A DNA stretch of 64,000 bases from Bacillota bacterium. GTDB taxonomy: Bacteria > Bacillota > PH28-bin88. A program made the position numbers and the translations under genes. The DNA lies in assembly GCA_040757295.1 (NCBI GenBank), contig JBFLXH010000007.1, positions 35,142 through 99,141 on the forward strand, given 5' to 3'. Of the stretch, positions 1 through 8,099 are shown piece after piece (within the stretch, counting starts at the first letter, position 1; each line of letters starts with the position of its first letter). Under the pieces are notes generated by a model. It did not search any database. It saw only the letters and a list, made by a program, of their open reading frames with translations, and was not told the origin of the DNA.

Positions 1-2
1 AT

Positions 3-392
3 TTGGATAAGGTGGTAGAGAAGGCCAAAGCAAATGGATATGTAACGACATTGCTCAATAGACGTCGTTATTTACCAGATTTGTTCAGCTCTAACTTCAG
101 TGTTCGCCGCTTTGGGGAGCGAACCGCAATGAATACCCCCATCCAAGGTAGCGCTGCTGATATTATCAAAATTGCAATGGTTAAAGTAAACCGAGCTTTG
201 AAAGAAAGTGGTTTAAAGGCAAAAATGATATTGCAGGTCCACGATGAACTGATATTTGATCTACCTTTCGTTGAGCTTGAAAAAACTGCCGATTTGGTGA
301 AAGAGTGTATGGAATCGGCATATTCCTTAATAGTTCCTTTGAAGGTTGAAAGAAAAGCTGGTTTTAATTGGTACGATATGAACCCAATTTAG
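3..392 (+). CDS. polA: DNA polymerase I, C-terminal end (5' part outside window)
   Basis: ORF open to the window edge. The translation contains the family-A polymerase motif QVHDELIFD and a typical Pol I C-terminus. Confidence 0.9.
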   Translation: MDKVVEKAKANGYVTTLLNRRRYLPDLFSSNFSVRRFGERTAMNTPIQGSAADIIKIAMVKVNRALKESGLKAKMILQVHDELIFDLPFVELEKTADLVKECMESAYSLIVPLKVERKAGFNWYDMNPI

Positions 393-407
393 AACGGAGG
401 ATTAAAT

Positions 408-1229
408 TTGCCCGAATTGCCGGAAGTAGAAACTGTAAAACGTTCTCTTGCTGATAAAATACTGCATATCCCCATTTTGGACGTTGAAATATTATTTCCT
501 AAAGTAATTAAATTCCCCTCGGCTGAAGATTTTTCTGCCCATTTGCGGGGCAAGCGCTTTGTCAATATTAATCGCAGGGGAAAGTATCTGCTTCTTCACC
601 TGAATGATGAACATATCCTGGTAGTCCACCTGCGGATGACGGGGCGGTTGTTGTGGGTAAAAGGGGAAGAGGCTTTAGCAAAACACACCCATATAGTAAT
701 TGTTTTTGAGAACGGCTACCAATTAAGATTCCAGGATCAGCGCCAGTTTGGCACTTTGCACCTTGTGCATGGCAATCAGCTGCATCTCCTTCCTGGGTTA
801 GAAAGGTTAGGTCCTGAACCCCTTTCCAATTTGTCTGTTTGCGGTCTAAGGGAATCTTTGCATAAGAGTAGAAGAAAAATTAAAGATTTCTTATTGGATC
901 AAACTGTTATTGCAGGTATCGGCAATATTTATGCTGATGAAATATTATTTACAGCCGCCCTCCATCCAGAAAGACCGGCTGCAACATTAACCGAAGAGGA
1001 AGTAGACAAACTGTATAGGGCCATTATTTCCAGGCTGGAAGCCGGCATCCGCCATCGGGGTGCTTCTTTCCGGGATTATGTTGACGGGGAGGGCAGGCAG
1101 GGGGAGTTTCAAACCCTTTTGCAAGTATATGGTAGAGAAGGTCTACAATGCTTTCACTGCGGCAGTCTAATTAGCCGCAAGAAAATCGGGGGCCGTAGTT
1201 CCTGCTTCTGTCCTACCTGCCAAAAATAA
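408..1229 (+). CDS. mutM: formamidopyrimidine-DNA glycosylase
   Basis: N-terminus MPELPEVETV (catalytic Pro2/Glu3) and a C-terminal CxxC..CxxC zinc finger (CFHCGS...CFCPTCQK). It sits directly downstream of polA. Confidence 0.9.
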   Translation: MPELPEVETVKRSLADKILHIPILDVEILFPKVIKFPSAEDFSAHLRGKRFVNINRRGKYLLLHLNDEHILVVHLRMTGRLLWVKGEEALAKHTHIVIVFENGYQLRFQDQRQFGTLHLVHGNQLHLLPGLERLGPEPLSNLSVCGLRESLHKSRRKIKDFLLDQTVIAGIGNIYADEILFTAALHPERPAATLTEEEVDKLYRAIISRLEAGIRHRGASFRDYVDGEGRQGEFQTLLQVYGREGLQCFHCGSLISRKKIGGRSSCFCPTCQK

Positions 1230-1254
1230 GAAGTCTGGGTCAGGCACACCTCTT

Positions 1255-1953
1255 TTGGCCGCTGACATATATAGTATTGGTATTTCGAAGTGGCTAAAGG
1301 AGGGGAATGTATTGCTCCTGTTGTCTGTGTTTCTTTTCTCCATTGCTGTTAGCGCTGACGGTTTTGGAGTTGGCATTGCTTATGGTTTACGGCGAATTTC
1401 CATACCATGGTATTCAATGAGCCTGATCTGCTTTACATCTACTATTGCCATTACTTTCTCAATGGTTTGCGGCCACTTAATCGGCAGCCTTATTAATCCT
1501 GCCTTGGCAAAAAAGCTTGGCGCAGCAATCATGGTAGCTGTAGGGGTCTGGCTTTTGTTACAAGCATATCTAAAGCCAAAGGATAATAAGATAGAAGATG
1601 GTGCTTTGCTAAAAATAAATATCCGCTCATTAGGTATTGTTATCCAGATCCTACGCGAGCCAGTACAGGCTGACTTCGACCGTTCTGGTAAAATCAGCCC
1701 AAAAGAGGCCTTGGCCTTGGGATTTGCCCTGGCAATGGATGCCCTAGGAGCTGGATTTGGTGCGGCAGTTGCAGGTTTAGCAGTATGGTTTTTACCTGTT
1801 GTTGTGGGTATTTGCAAATTTATTTTAATTAGTTTAGGATTTAAACTGGGTGCAATATGGGGCGATAATTGGTCACCTCAAAGGCTTGCTTTTCTGCCAG
1901 GCCTGATTATTGTCAGTCTAGGGGTCTTAAGCGGCATAGGGTTTAGTCTTTAA
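1255..1953 (+). CDS. integral membrane protein, YtaF/MntP-like family (start uncertain)
   Basis: Multi-helix hydrophobic ORF with SADGFGVGIAYGLR, as in YtaF-type proteins. The real start is probably an internal TTG/GTG. Confidence 0.5.
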   Translation: MAADIYSIGISKWLKEGNVLLLLSVFLFSIAVSADGFGVGIAYGLRRISIPWYSMSLICFTSTIAITFSMVCGHLIGSLINPALAKKLGAAIMVAVGVWLLLQAYLKPKDNKIEDGALLKINIRSLGIVIQILREPVQADFDRSGKISPKEALALGFALAMDALGAGFGAAVAGLAVWFLPVVVGICKFILISLGFKLGAIWGDNWSPQRLAFLPGLIIVSLGVLSGIGFSL

Positions 1954-1978
1954 GAGATTTGCCTAACAGGGTGATATA

Positions 1979-2608
1979 ATGATTGTGATAGGGTTAACAG
2001 GCGGGATGGCCAGCGGAAAAACCTCTGTTGCCAAAATGCTTTCAAGATTAGGGGCCCATGTAATTGACGCAGATGCCATCGCAAAAGAACTGGTGGCCCC
2101 TGGTCAGGAAGCTCTTCAGCGCTTGGCAGAGATTTTTGGGCAAAGAATAATACTTTCAGACGGCAATCTTGATCGTGGAGCTTTGGCCGCTATTGTTTTC
2201 AATGATCATGAAAAACTAGAACAGCTTAATGCTGTTTTACACCCGCTGGTAATCCAAAAAACCGTTGAAAAACTGAGAAGCATTAAGGAAACAGAACCTG
2301 ATGCAGTCGTAGTAATTGATGCACCCCTACTGCTGGAGGCGGGCATGGCCGGGCTGGTAGATGAGATTTGGGTAGTAGCGGCAGGTGAAGAAGAGCAAAT
2401 CCAGCGTGCCGCCCTGAGGGACAAGCTTTCCCGGGAGGAAGCTTCGAAACGTCTTGCCGTTCAGATGCCCCTGAAGGAAAAACTTAAACATGCCCACCGG
2501 GTGATCGATAATTCCGGTTCTCTTGCATCCACGGCTGAGCAGGTAAAAAGACTATGGGAAAAAGTTATTCTTTCGGGATGTAGTAATAAAAGGAATATTA
2601 AAACATAA
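1979..2608 (+). CDS. coaE: dephospho-CoA kinase
   Basis: P-loop GLTGGMASGKTSV at the N-terminus; ~200 aa; conserved synteny after mutM. Confidence 0.9.
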   Translation: MIVIGLTGGMASGKTSVAKMLSRLGAHVIDADAIAKELVAPGQEALQRLAEIFGQRIILSDGNLDRGALAAIVFNDHEKLEQLNAVLHPLVIQKTVEKLRSIKETEPDAVVVIDAPLLLEAGMAGLVDEIWVVAAGEEEQIQRAALRDKLSREEASKRLAVQMPLKEKLKHAHRVIDNSGSLASTAEQVKRLWEKVILSGCSNKRNIKT

Positions 2609-2641
2609 ATTATAACCAATCTTTAATGACCGGGGTTAATC

Positions 2642-3199
2642 ATGCTCAAAAGAAGTGTTTTCGGAAAACTTTTAGGAGTTTGCCTTGTTGGAGTACTGTT
2701 TGTGCTTGTTGTTTTAGGGGTTTTGCGTTGGGCATATCCATTGGAATATGTTGATATTATCCGCCTTGAGGCCTGGGAAAAAGGGCTTGATCCTTATTTA
2801 GTGGCCGCTGTTCTACGAGTAGAAAGCAGATTTGATCCTGAAGCTGTTTCTCCTAAAGGAGCAAGGGGTTTGATGCAGTTAATGCCCGAAACGGCCCAGT
2901 GGGTTGCAAAGCAGGCGGGTGTTAAATATCACCCGGACAAATTATTCGACCCGGGATACAATATAAAACTAGGAACTTGGTACTTGTCGGATTTGCTCCA
3001 TGAGTTTAACGGCAATATTTGGCTGGCATTAGCAGCATACAATGGGGGTCGTGGTAACGTCAGGCAGTGGCTTGCTTCCAGACGATGGCTTGGCGATGTG
3101 GAAACGCTTCACAAGATACCTTTTGCTGAAACCAGGCGATTTGTCCAGAAAGTTAGAATTACCTGGATAGTATACAATAACCTCTATCCTTTTTTATAA
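2642..3199 (+). CDS. lytic transglycosylase (SLT domain) with N-terminal membrane anchor
   Basis: SLT catalytic block VESRFDPEAVSPKGARGLMQLMPETA and an N-terminal TM helix. Confidence 0.8.
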   Translation: MLKRSVFGKLLGVCLVGVLFVLVVLGVLRWAYPLEYVDIIRLEAWEKGLDPYLVAAVLRVESRFDPEAVSPKGARGLMQLMPETAQWVAKQAGVKYHPDKLFDPGYNIKLGTWYLSDLLHEFNGNIWLALAAYNGGRGNVRQWLASRRWLGDVETLHKIPFAETRRFVQKVRITWIVYNNLYPFL

Positions 3200-3324
3200 C
3201 GCATAGGAAATCTATGCTCGTTTAAAAAATGTGGATAAGCCATAATTTCCGTAATGCGTTTCAACAAAATCAACCATATTAAGGATTCTTTCAAAACAAA
3301 GATTTTGTTTTTATCAGGTAACAC
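3196..3324 (+). repeat. intergenic repeat family 1, copy 1 (two-hairpin element)
   Basis: About 85-90% identical to elements at 48221, 52308 and 63905. Arms ACGCATAGGAAATCTATG / CATAATTTCCGTAATGCGT form hairpin 1; AACAAAATC / GATTTTGTT form hairpin 2. The 5' end (TTTTTATAAC) supplies the slt stop codon. Confidence 0.8.
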
Positions 3325-3431
3325 TTACTAGGCCAAAATTTGCCGATAAAAAAAGGGATTTAGGACAAAATAACGAATACACTAGACGTCCGGCTTCAAC
3401 CCGGTAAATCCGGCACCGAGGTGATTCGTTT

Positions 3432-4481
3432 TTGAAACTTTCCATCAAAGAAATGTGCAGTCTGGAGGCAGTGGTCAACCTTAAGATAGAATCTGACAGG
3501 CCTTTTTTTTCTGCCACTCATGAAGAAATAGCTAACGGTTCAACAACGGACATTTATTTTATTAGAACCTATGAGATTTTAGAAAACCTGCAGCTAAATG
3601 ATACTGAAGTTACTGCTGAGGTGTTCCCAAGGGGTTCTGGGGTAATGGCCGGTTTGCCTGAAGTGCTCAACTTATTAGCCAACAGAGGGTTGGAGATTTG
3701 GGCCCTTCCTGAGGGTGAAGATTTTTCGCCAAAAGAAGTTGTTTTGCGCATCAGAGGTCCTTATAATCGGTTTGGTTTGTTTGAGACTACTTTGCTTGGT
3801 ATTCTGGCCAGTTCCAGCGGGTGGGCCTCTGCCGCCAAAGCAGCAAAGCTGGCTGCAGGTGATAGGCCTGTCTACTGTTTTGGAGCTCGTCATGTGCATC
3901 CGGCGGTCGCCCCGGCGATGGAGCGGGCTGCCATTGTTGGTGGAGTTGATGGCGCAAGCTGTATTTTGGGTGCCAAGTTAGCAGGGAAGGAGCCTGTAGG
4001 TACGGTTCCTCATGCTGTTTTCCTAATCGCAGGTGACACCTTGAAAGTTGCCAAGACCTACCATGAAATCATGCCTCCTTCTGCCCGCAGGGTGATCCTA
4101 GTAGATACTTTTAAAGATGAGGCGGAGGAAGCTCTTAGGGTTGCTGAGGCTTTAGGACCAAATTTGCACGGGATAAGGCTGGATACCCCGAGTGAGAGAG
4201 GTGGAGTGACCCCTGATTTGGTAAGGGAAGTCCGCTGGAGGTTGAACTTAGCCGGGATGAGCCATGTTAAGATATTTGTATCCGGCGGCTTAACTCCTGA
4301 AAAGATTGTTCTGCTGAAACAGGCCGGGGCGGATGCCTTTGGTGTTGGAAGCTATATCTCAGGAGCAGCTCCTATTGATATGACTATGGATATTAAAGAG
4401 ATAAACGGCCAGCCTATTGCCAAGAGAGGCCGCCTTCCGGGGAGAACAGAGAGCCTGCGGCTGAAAGAGTATAAAGTTTAA
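3432..4481 (+). CDS. pncB: nicotinate phosphoribosyltransferase (NAPRTase family, short type)
   Basis: NAPRTase-like blocks (FGLFETTLLGIL, VDTF, GIRLDTP, SGGL) over ~350 aa. The start may instead be the ATG at 3453. Confidence 0.7.
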   Translation: MKLSIKEMCSLEAVVNLKIESDRPFFSATHEEIANGSTTDIYFIRTYEILENLQLNDTEVTAEVFPRGSGVMAGLPEVLNLLANRGLEIWALPEGEDFSPKEVVLRIRGPYNRFGLFETTLLGILASSSGWASAAKAAKLAAGDRPVYCFGARHVHPAVAPAMERAAIVGGVDGASCILGAKLAGKEPVGTVPHAVFLIAGDTLKVAKTYHEIMPPSARRVILVDTFKDEAEEALRVAEALGPNLHGIRLDTPSERGGVTPDLVREVRWRLNLAGMSHVKIFVSGGLTPEKIVLLKQAGADAFGVGSYISGAAPIDMTMDIKEINGQPIAKRGRLPGRTESLRLKEYKV

Positions 4482-4487
4482 ACGGTT

Positions 4488-4510
4488 AAAGCGACACCGG
4501 TCGCTTTTTC
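4488..4510 (+). terminator. rho-independent terminator after NAPRTase gene
   Basis: Stem AAAGCGAC/GTCGCTTT with loop ACCG, followed by a T-run. Confidence 0.6.
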
Positions 4511-4607
4511 CGTTTGTAGCCTAAGCCGGATCACAATGCCAAAAAAGTAGATTAGATTTTGTCTGCAGAAGGGCAAACGAGTATTAAACAAGCAGAGTAT
4601 ATCTTAG

Positions 4608-4714
4608 TATACTCGACAAGGGATAAAATTGCATTATCATAATGAAGCCGAGTATGAAATTCGCTTTGAGGCCACGGTAAATCAATGAATAATTAGTGGC
4701 CTCGCTCATTATAA
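4608..4714 (+). repeat. intergenic repeat family 2, copy A
   Basis: About 105 nt, near-identical to 59949-60054 (same strand) and to the reverse complement of 58808-58914. Contains the GAGGCCAC...GTGGCCTC hairpin and the outer pairing ATAATGAAGCCGAG / CTCGCTCATTAT. Confidence 0.8.
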
Positions 4715-4797
4715 AATAAGGGCGGTTATTAAATGAATGATAATATAGAAAAAGTTTCTATACTTCTCGTCTTAATTATATTAAGGGGTAGGTTATA

Positions 4798-5778
4798 TTG
4801 ATAGTCGGGAGAAAATGGCTTGCTGCTTTGGTTTTTATTCTTTTAGCTTTTGCTGCTGGTTGCTATGGCAAATCCATCCCAGAAGGACCTCAATCTTCGC
4901 CTGCTTCCCCGGAATATTCTTTGAGGATTTTGCGGGTGGGGCTTGTTGATAAATTATACTCTCTAGATCCTAGCGCTATTGCCACTTGGGATGAATTATT
5001 TGTGGCCACTCAAATTCACGAAGGATTGGTCCTACTAAGCTCTGACGGCTCTATCAAGCCTGGTTTAGCCTCGGCCTGGGAAGTTAATAAAGGCGGAACC
5101 CAGTATGTCTTTCATTTAAGTCCGGAAGCCCGTTTCTCCAACGGCCGCAAAATAACCAGCAGGGATGTCAAGCTCTCCTGGGAGCGCTCTGCTAGGATAC
5201 GCCCTGACACGGTATTACCTCTGCTAAAAAGCGTTAAAGGAATGCCGGCAGGTTTAAACGGTGTCGAAGCAAAGGGTGACAACTCCCTTGTAATTGAGCT
5301 GGAGACGCCGGATCCTTTTTTACTCCATTCTTTGAGCCATCCTCTCCTGGCAGTTGTTGACCTGCAGCCAACCAATACTTCCGTTGGCATTCCGGGATGT
5401 GGGCCTTTTCAGGTTGTGGAGTGGATCCCTGGCGAAATGTTAACTTTAGAAAAAAACCCAGAATACCATGGTCCGCAACAAATAATTGAAAGGATTGAAA
5501 TAAGGTGGGAAGGGACTGCACCGGAGAATGCCCTCGTCGATTTCAGCGCTGGGGATCTAGACCTGGTGGTGGAACTGCCAGCTATGTATTACAGGCATAT
5601 TGTGAAAGAACCTTTTCTCGAAAGTTCTTTGCGCCGTTACCGCCCCTCGGGGTCCAAGGGCAATTGGCCAGCTAACCCTGAACACCCATTTGGGTTGACC
5701 CTTGTGGCGGAAAAAATTGAGGGCTTGGATGCAGATGCCCTGGGCCGGCTGGATCTTCGAGGAATAGTATTTAAATAA
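4798..5778 (+). CDS. family-5 solute-binding lipoprotein (peptide/nickel ABC SBP), apparently truncated
   Basis: Lipobox LAFAAGC and SBP_bac_5-like N-terminal region. Only 326 aa (family norm ~520), with no cognate permease or ATPase adjacent. Confidence 0.5.
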   Translation: MIVGRKWLAALVFILLAFAAGCYGKSIPEGPQSSPASPEYSLRILRVGLVDKLYSLDPSAIATWDELFVATQIHEGLVLLSSDGSIKPGLASAWEVNKGGTQYVFHLSPEARFSNGRKITSRDVKLSWERSARIRPDTVLPLLKSVKGMPAGLNGVEAKGDNSLVIELETPDPFLLHSLSHPLLAVVDLQPTNTSVGIPGCGPFQVVEWIPGEMLTLEKNPEYHGPQQIIERIEIRWEGTAPENALVDFSAGDLDLVVELPAMYYRHIVKEPFLESSLRRYRPSGSKGNWPANPEHPFGLTLVAEKIEGLDADALGRLDLRGIVFK

Positions 5779-5879
5779 GCTTGTTGGCTCTTGTAATGTG
5801 ATTTGCGCATACCTTCCTATAGGGTGAGAATAATAAAAACTGAGCAATCCGCCAACAACCGTGTTGGGAGGGCAGCGCT

Positions 5880-6752
5880 GTGTTTGATGTAAGATATCAC
5901 ATCAGTTCCCTGATGGCGGTTTTCCTAGCCCTAGGCATAGGTATTCTGATTGGCAGTACTTTAATTGGTGATGACCTTTTGATAAATGAGCAAAGACAAA
6001 TGATAGATCGGTTGGAACAGGATTTTGTTTCATTGCGAAAACAAGCAAGAATAGCCCAGGAAGAACTTGCAGTGACACGCCAAATGGTTGGACTGTACGA
6101 GCAGTTTGCCCAGGAGGTCTTTCCCATATTGGCGCAGGGCCGTTTAGAAGGAAGGAACCTTGCAATAATAAAAACCGGAAAATGCGGGGATCTGGAACCC
6201 TTGTTGGCAAATCTGAAATGGACGGGGGCCAGGATAGAATCCGTTACTACCATCAAAAGCGATTTGAATCTAAAAGAAATAGCCACTCTTATGCCTAGCC
6301 CTGATCTTATTGCCGGGGTCCACAGCGCCTCTCAGGTGCCGGCCCATCTCGCTACAATCATAGGGAAAGTAATTCACCAGGGACAAGGAATGGAAATAAT
6401 GCAGTTCCTGCAAAATATTGATTTGGTTGAAACCTCTGGGAATTATGGGAAAAATGTTGACGCGGTAATTTTAATCGGCGGTAGTGCACTGGAAAAGGAC
6501 AATTACTTCCGCGCTTTAGATTTACCGCTAATTAATTATTTTAAAGAGCAAAAAGTAAGGGTAATTGGGACAGAGTTTAGTAATGCAGGGGTTTCCTACA
6601 TCAAGCTGTATCAAAGCCAGAGTTTAACTACGGTTGATAATGTGGATACCGTACTAGGCATAACTGCTTTGGTCATGGCGTTAGCCGGAGGGGAAGGTAA
6701 TTTTGGCATTAAACCTACAGCTGAGCGGTTATTGCCTGTAGCGGTCCAGTAA
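5880..6752 (+). CDS. membrane-anchored coiled-coil protein, uncharacterised (DUF3084/MctB-like from memory)
   Basis: GTG start, a single N-terminal TM helix (LMAVFLALGIGILIGSTLI), then a coiled-coil (RQMIDRLEQDFVSLRKQARIAQEEL); 290 aa. Confidence 0.55.
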   Translation: MFDVRYHISSLMAVFLALGIGILIGSTLIGDDLLINEQRQMIDRLEQDFVSLRKQARIAQEELAVTRQMVGLYEQFAQEVFPILAQGRLEGRNLAIIKTGKCGDLEPLLANLKWTGARIESVTTIKSDLNLKEIATLMPSPDLIAGVHSASQVPAHLATIIGKVIHQGQGMEIMQFLQNIDLVETSGNYGKNVDAVILIGGSALEKDNYFRALDLPLINYFKEQKVRVIGTEFSNAGVSYIKLYQSQSLTTVDNVDTVLGITALVMALAGGEGNFGIKPTAERLLPVAVQ

Positions 6753-6792
6753 GTTAATCCGGTAAGTATAAAAAAAATCAAAAGACCGTGGA

Positions 6793-6830
6793 CGCGGATG
6801 CATCTAGTATCCGCGATTTTTTTGTTTTTT
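6793..6830 (+). terminator. rho-independent terminator
   Basis: CGCGGAT...ATCCGCG hairpin followed by ATTTTTTTTGTTTTTT. Confidence 0.75.
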
Positions 6831-6973
6831 AATTAACTAAATTCCTATAGTTTTTCCGGTAATTATTTTGGAAGATAGGAAGGATTTGTTACCAAGACGT
6901 CGAACCAAAGTATTCAACTGGAAAGTGCGGCATATTATCAAATGTCTGCGATAAGAGGGAGGGGGAAAGACAA

Positions 6974-8044
6974 ATGAAAGGCAAATTCTTTGACTACATG
7001 GAGACTTGGGAGTACGAGAATCTATGGCTTTGTCAGGACAAGGCAATAGGGCTAAAGGCAGTCGTTGCTATTCACGATACTACTCTGGGGCCGGCGACGG
7101 GGGGCTGCCGGATGTGGGTCTATGACCATGAGGAAGACGCTATTATTGATGCCTTACGTCTGGCTAGGGGAATGACCTATAAGTACGCCGCAGCTGGGGT
7201 AAATCTTGGCGGTGGAAAGACTGTTGTCATTGGCAACCCAAAAACAGATAAGTCTGAGGCATTATTCAGGGCTCTTGGAAGATTTATCGACAGATTAGGC
7301 GGGATTTACATAACTGGGCAGGATGTGGGTACAACCCTTGAGGATATGGAGCAAATCCGGATGGAAACTCCCCATGTGGTTACACTGCCTGAACACTTAG
7401 GCGGGGCCGGCCCTATTTCTCCTTACACTGCCTTGGGAACAGTTGAAGGGATGCGGGCGGGCTTAAAGCATATTTATGGGTCTGACAGCTTAGCTGGCGT
7501 TAGAGTTGCTGTTCAGGGCTTAGGTTCTGTTGGCTATCATGTAGTCCGCTTGTTGGTTGAAGGCGGCGCTTCAGTAGTGGTCACCGATATCGACCCTGAG
7601 AAGGTTGAGGAGGTAACCAAGGAATTCAATGTGCAATCTGTAGCTCCGGAAGCCATTTATGGAGTAGACTGTGATGTGTTTTCCCCTTGTGCTTTGGGGG
7701 CTGTGGTCAACGACAATACTTTGACCATGTTTAAATGTAAGATTATCGCAGGAGCCGCCAATAACCAGCTAAAAGAATATCGCCACGGGGATGCTCTTGA
7801 GGCAGCCGGGATTTTGTATTTGCCCGATTATATTCTTAATGCCGGCGGGACTATCTACGACACGGATCGCTTGATGTTTGGACTGCACGACAAGGCGCGG
7901 GCAGAAAGGAATGTGCGTCGGATTTACCAAACAACCGAAAAAGTCCTCGCTATTGCCAAGTTAGAAAAGTTGCCTACCTACCAAGCTGCTGACCTTTTTG
8001 CCGAAAGGAGAATTCAAAGCATCCGGAACGTCAAAAACATTTAG
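6974..8044 (+). CDS. leucine/branched-chain amino acid dehydrogenase (Glu/Leu/Phe/Val DH family)
   Basis: 356 aa, the short LeuDH/ValDH length. Has the catalytic-Lys region NLGGGKTVV and Rossmann GLGSVG. Confidence 0.85.
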   Translation: MKGKFFDYMETWEYENLWLCQDKAIGLKAVVAIHDTTLGPATGGCRMWVYDHEEDAIIDALRLARGMTYKYAAAGVNLGGGKTVVIGNPKTDKSEALFRALGRFIDRLGGIYITGQDVGTTLEDMEQIRMETPHVVTLPEHLGGAGPISPYTALGTVEGMRAGLKHIYGSDSLAGVRVAVQGLGSVGYHVVRLLVEGGASVVVTDIDPEKVEEVTKEFNVQSVAPEAIYGVDCDVFSPCALGAVVNDNTLTMFKCKIIAGAANNQLKEYRHGDALEAAGILYLPDYILNAGGTIYDTDRLMFGLHDKARAERNVRRIYQTTEKVLAIAKLEKLPTYQAADLFAERRIQSIRNVKNI

Positions 8045-8099
8045 TTTTTTTCAGGGCGGAAGGCGCCAAATTAAATAAATTTGTTGGGAGGTAGTTTGA

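Noticed and set aside
1380-1817. Antisense ORFs inside the YtaF-like, SBP, coiled-coil and other genes (e.g. 1380-1817 minus, 5112-5521 minus, 5897-6286 minus)
   Set aside because: They are embedded opposite longer ORFs with recognisable protein families. They have skewed low-complexity composition and no independent signals.
3196-3324. Integron attC-site interpretation of repeat family 1 (imperfect inverted repeats of ~60-140 nt after genes)
   Set aside because: No integrase nearby and the flanking genes are housekeeping (slt, glnA, amt). The ends do not fit R''/R' core-site consensus GTTRRRY/RYYYAAC, and spacing is not cassette-like.
6840-6973. Looked for a sigma-54 (-24 GG / -12 GC) promoter upstream of the leucine dehydrogenase gene, as in Bacillus bkd operons
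   Set aside because: No TGGCAC-N5-TTGCA-like element is present. Only AT-rich sequence and a weak GGAGG RBS are visible.
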